Positions 59,973-62,520 of a DNA stretch of 62,520 bases are shown here, piece after piece. Where the stretch lies: the NCBI GenBank assembly GCA_032718475.1, contig JAUCBJ010007889.1, forward strand, positions 1 through 62,520. The letters are read 5' to 3'. The position numbers were made by a program, and so were the translations under genes. How positions within the stretch are numbered: the stretch's first letter is position 1; each line of letters starts with the position of its first letter. Origin of the DNA: Nemertoderma westbladi. Lineage: Eukaryota; Animalia; Xenacoelomorpha. Below the pieces are notes generated by a model that saw only the letters and a program-made list of their open reading frames with translations, was not told where the DNA came from and did not search any database.

Positions 59973-62520
59973 GGGACCTGGGAGCATGGGGAGCCGGCAA
60001 TGGACTTCACGGCAAGCACAATCCGACTGGGCGAGCAACCGGGGATGGCACCACGGGTAGTGTTTGGAGAAACGATGCCGAGTGTAGAGGAGGACATCGA
60101 TATGGGTAGGGAAGACAACGTCGAGATGTTTACCTACCAGCGGCTTCACAGACCCAGGAGCCCACGTGGAGCCAAGGATGACTTGGGGCGAGAGACAATG
60201 ATACACGGTTGCGATTACTGTGGGAGATTAACCCATCAGCAAAAGAACTGTCTATACCGTTACCAGAAGGGGACGGCGTGTCTTTACTGCCACGAGTCTA
60301 CACACAGGATGGGCGCGTGCCCAAGGTTGCACAATAGGTGTTCGAAGTGCAAGTTTAGGGAGCGCTTTGAGCGCCAGTGCGACTGGATGGAGGATGAGGA
60401 GAAATTCCGCATTTTCGAGGAGTGGGCCGACGTCGGAGTCATGACACGACAAAGTATGAAGGCGCAGGAGTTCCAGGGCTTCTTCAACATTAATATAGAA
60501 GCCTCACCAGCAGATCACCAAGAGGAGACTACCATTCCCGTATCAGGAGGTAGCGACAGTGGCATCATACGGATGGGTCATCAACACCCAAAGATATCTG
60601 GACAGATGGTCAACAGAAAATCGGATCGAATTTAGGGTCTTTCTTGCGGAACACGTGCCGCGTGCGATGAAGATGATCTTGTGGGACGCAACCAGGGGGA
60701 AACAGGAGGGACACTCAGTGGGACCACCTGCGTAGCGATACCGTGAGTTAATAACACCCGGGCCCAAAGAACCAACAATGGGGCTTGGTAAGACGGTATC
60801 AGCGAGGATGAGTAGCCTCAAGGGTAAAAAGGAAGGCAGGAAGCGACCCAGACAGGACGACGATAGGGGCAAGGAACTTAGATGGTTCGCAGAGGGTGCG
60901 GGAGGAGCGATGTAGAACTCTATGACAAGCGATGTCAATGTGCCTGGAAGGCACCACATGGACAGATCAGTACAAACAACTCCTAAATGCTATTAACTAA
61001 GTGCAATTAGTATGTACGTAGGTAGTTGATCAATATATATATATATATATATACAATAAATATATAATCAATATATTTGTACCATAGTCAGATATAACCT
61101 TTTCCAATTAGCTACTGGGACTGGGGACTGATTGACTGAAACATTAGGATGGGACAATGACGGATCTCATTGACATGGTGTACACATGCGTGAGACCCAA
61201 CAGAGGCGAGTGAGGATAAATGGGTTAAGTATGGTAGGAGTATGGGGAGGAGATGTCAGGGTATGGGGAAGTAAAACGTGTGCGAGATTCAAGCGTGGAG
61301 AGCGAGCATGGAGGGGGATGAGTCCTAAAGGGACTAATAAGAGAGGAAAGGACAACAAAGTCCAAGGGATAAAATTGTGTGAGGAGTGAGGGTGATCGTC
61401 TAAAACAGAGATGCCAGATGCCTTGGTACAGCTTAGCTCACAGATGTACCAAGGATGTGTAGTGAAAACAGACCCATGGGGGCCGTCCTGGAAAGCTGAC
61501 CCCGAAAAGAAAATTCCACCCCAAATCCAATATTAGGTTGGATTTCAGCGGAATTGAAGCGCACTTAAGGTTGATGCTATCTTCTCACCGGGAAGATAGC
61601 ATGGGGGGAGTGTCAGCGGATTCAATTCCCTGCACTGCCCAGCAGAAAATGGGCGAAGTGGCATTTTACCAATTATAGTTGGGAAGGTGACATTACCATT
61701 AATAATGTCACCTAATAACCAATTTAGGCGATACACATCGCCAGCCACAAAGAAAGTTGAGAGGTCATAAACCATCTCAAGGGGACAAAGGGGCTAGCAG
61801 GGCTAGCACATGGGGATAGTGGCAGCAGGGAGTGGCAAGATGGAGATTAATCGGGTTAGCCAATGATGGGAGGGGAAAACAGGCGATTGGAACGCATCTG
61901 TTGGCCAGGCCACACAATACAGTTGCAGTGATTAATATGTGTTAATAATATATAACCGTTGTACTTGTGGATTATGATTCAGTTGGTATCTGTAGAGTTG
62001 TGAGACCGGAACGGTTTTTAACCGTCGTCGTCATTACCGTGCTATTATATTATGACTGTGCTATTATTATGTTCTGCAATTATAACAACTGACACTAAAA
62101 CTCAGTTATTTCAACGGCCTTCAGCCTATCATATATTACATCCAGACCACAGCCTTTCAGCAGCGACGCATATAATACCAGAACAACACACCGGTCGGGG
62201 TCTAGCAACCAACTCCTGGGTCCCATCACACTGAGCTGGGACTGATTGCTGACGATATGAATTAGGAAGTTAGGCCCGTTACAGTACGTACTGTACATGA
62301 CGTACGGAACAACACGTTGGTACAACATAGGTACCAGTACCTACCTGCCTACTGCTGCACTGGAATATAAAGAGCTGGGTCCCTTTTAGGTACCCACCCT
62401 GACAGAGTGGCAGGTACCGGTAGCGATCTCTGTCCCGGTGGTAACCACACTTAACTTAGGCCTACTACTATGTTAGAATGCCTGATCTGATAAGAAATGA
62501 ATATTTGATTTCGCGGCAAT

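Larger units (their letters stand above)
57017..60915 (+). pseudogene. Decayed ORF: DEDD(y)-like 3'-5' exonuclease + three CCHC-type zinc knuckles; homologous in motif to the 946-3447 ORF
   Basis: Fragments WRRFVDSVERGRYMVLDNEGTV, LLHLAAANGDIFLFDL, LVRLKTTVKVGLAIRGDT...LLDMQ. The frame continues across the TTAA insertion (NHRRAFK|VALEYFVDHP). C-terminal CDYCGRLTHQQKNC, CLYCHESTHRMGAC and degenerate CSKC...C. Several frameshifts and stops. Confidence 0.7.

Noticed and set aside
53516-62520. LTR pair for the BEL remnant (TG at 53516; CCCGTTACA near 62280)
   Set aside because: No direct repeat between the two regions and no clear PBS or PPT found by eye.

Overview
Repeat-rich, AT-rich eukaryotic (probably invertebrate animal) genomic DNA made almost entirely of nested mobile elements and tandem arrays. 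In order: (1) an 833-aa ORF ending in a DnaQ/DEDD-type 3'-5' exonuclease domain, cut by (2) a minus-strand Penelope-like retroelement (RT + GIY-YIG, one homopolymer frameshift, hammerhead ribozyme, inverted 5' end, 13-bp flanking duplication); (3) an ~18.3-kb element bounded by imperfect TIRs and (TA)n, carrying two copies of an intron-split tyrosine recombinase (Crypton-like) plus 665/668-bp, 38/41-bp and 10-bp tandem arrays; (4) a ~19-kb 29/30-bp variant minisatellite; (5) the only intact host-like gene, an intronless secreted fascin-like beta-trefoil + aerolysin-type pore-forming protein, between two MITEs; (6) a deleted BEL/Pao retrotransposon followed by a second, decayed exonuclease + CCHC zinc-knuckle ORF interrupted by a TTAA (piggyBac-type) MITE and an RTE fragment. 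The best leads for something new are the exonuclease-cargo retroelement family, the giant satellite-carrying Crypton-like element and the pore-forming gene. All family calls come from motif recognition by eye; no searches were run, and copy numbers are estimates.
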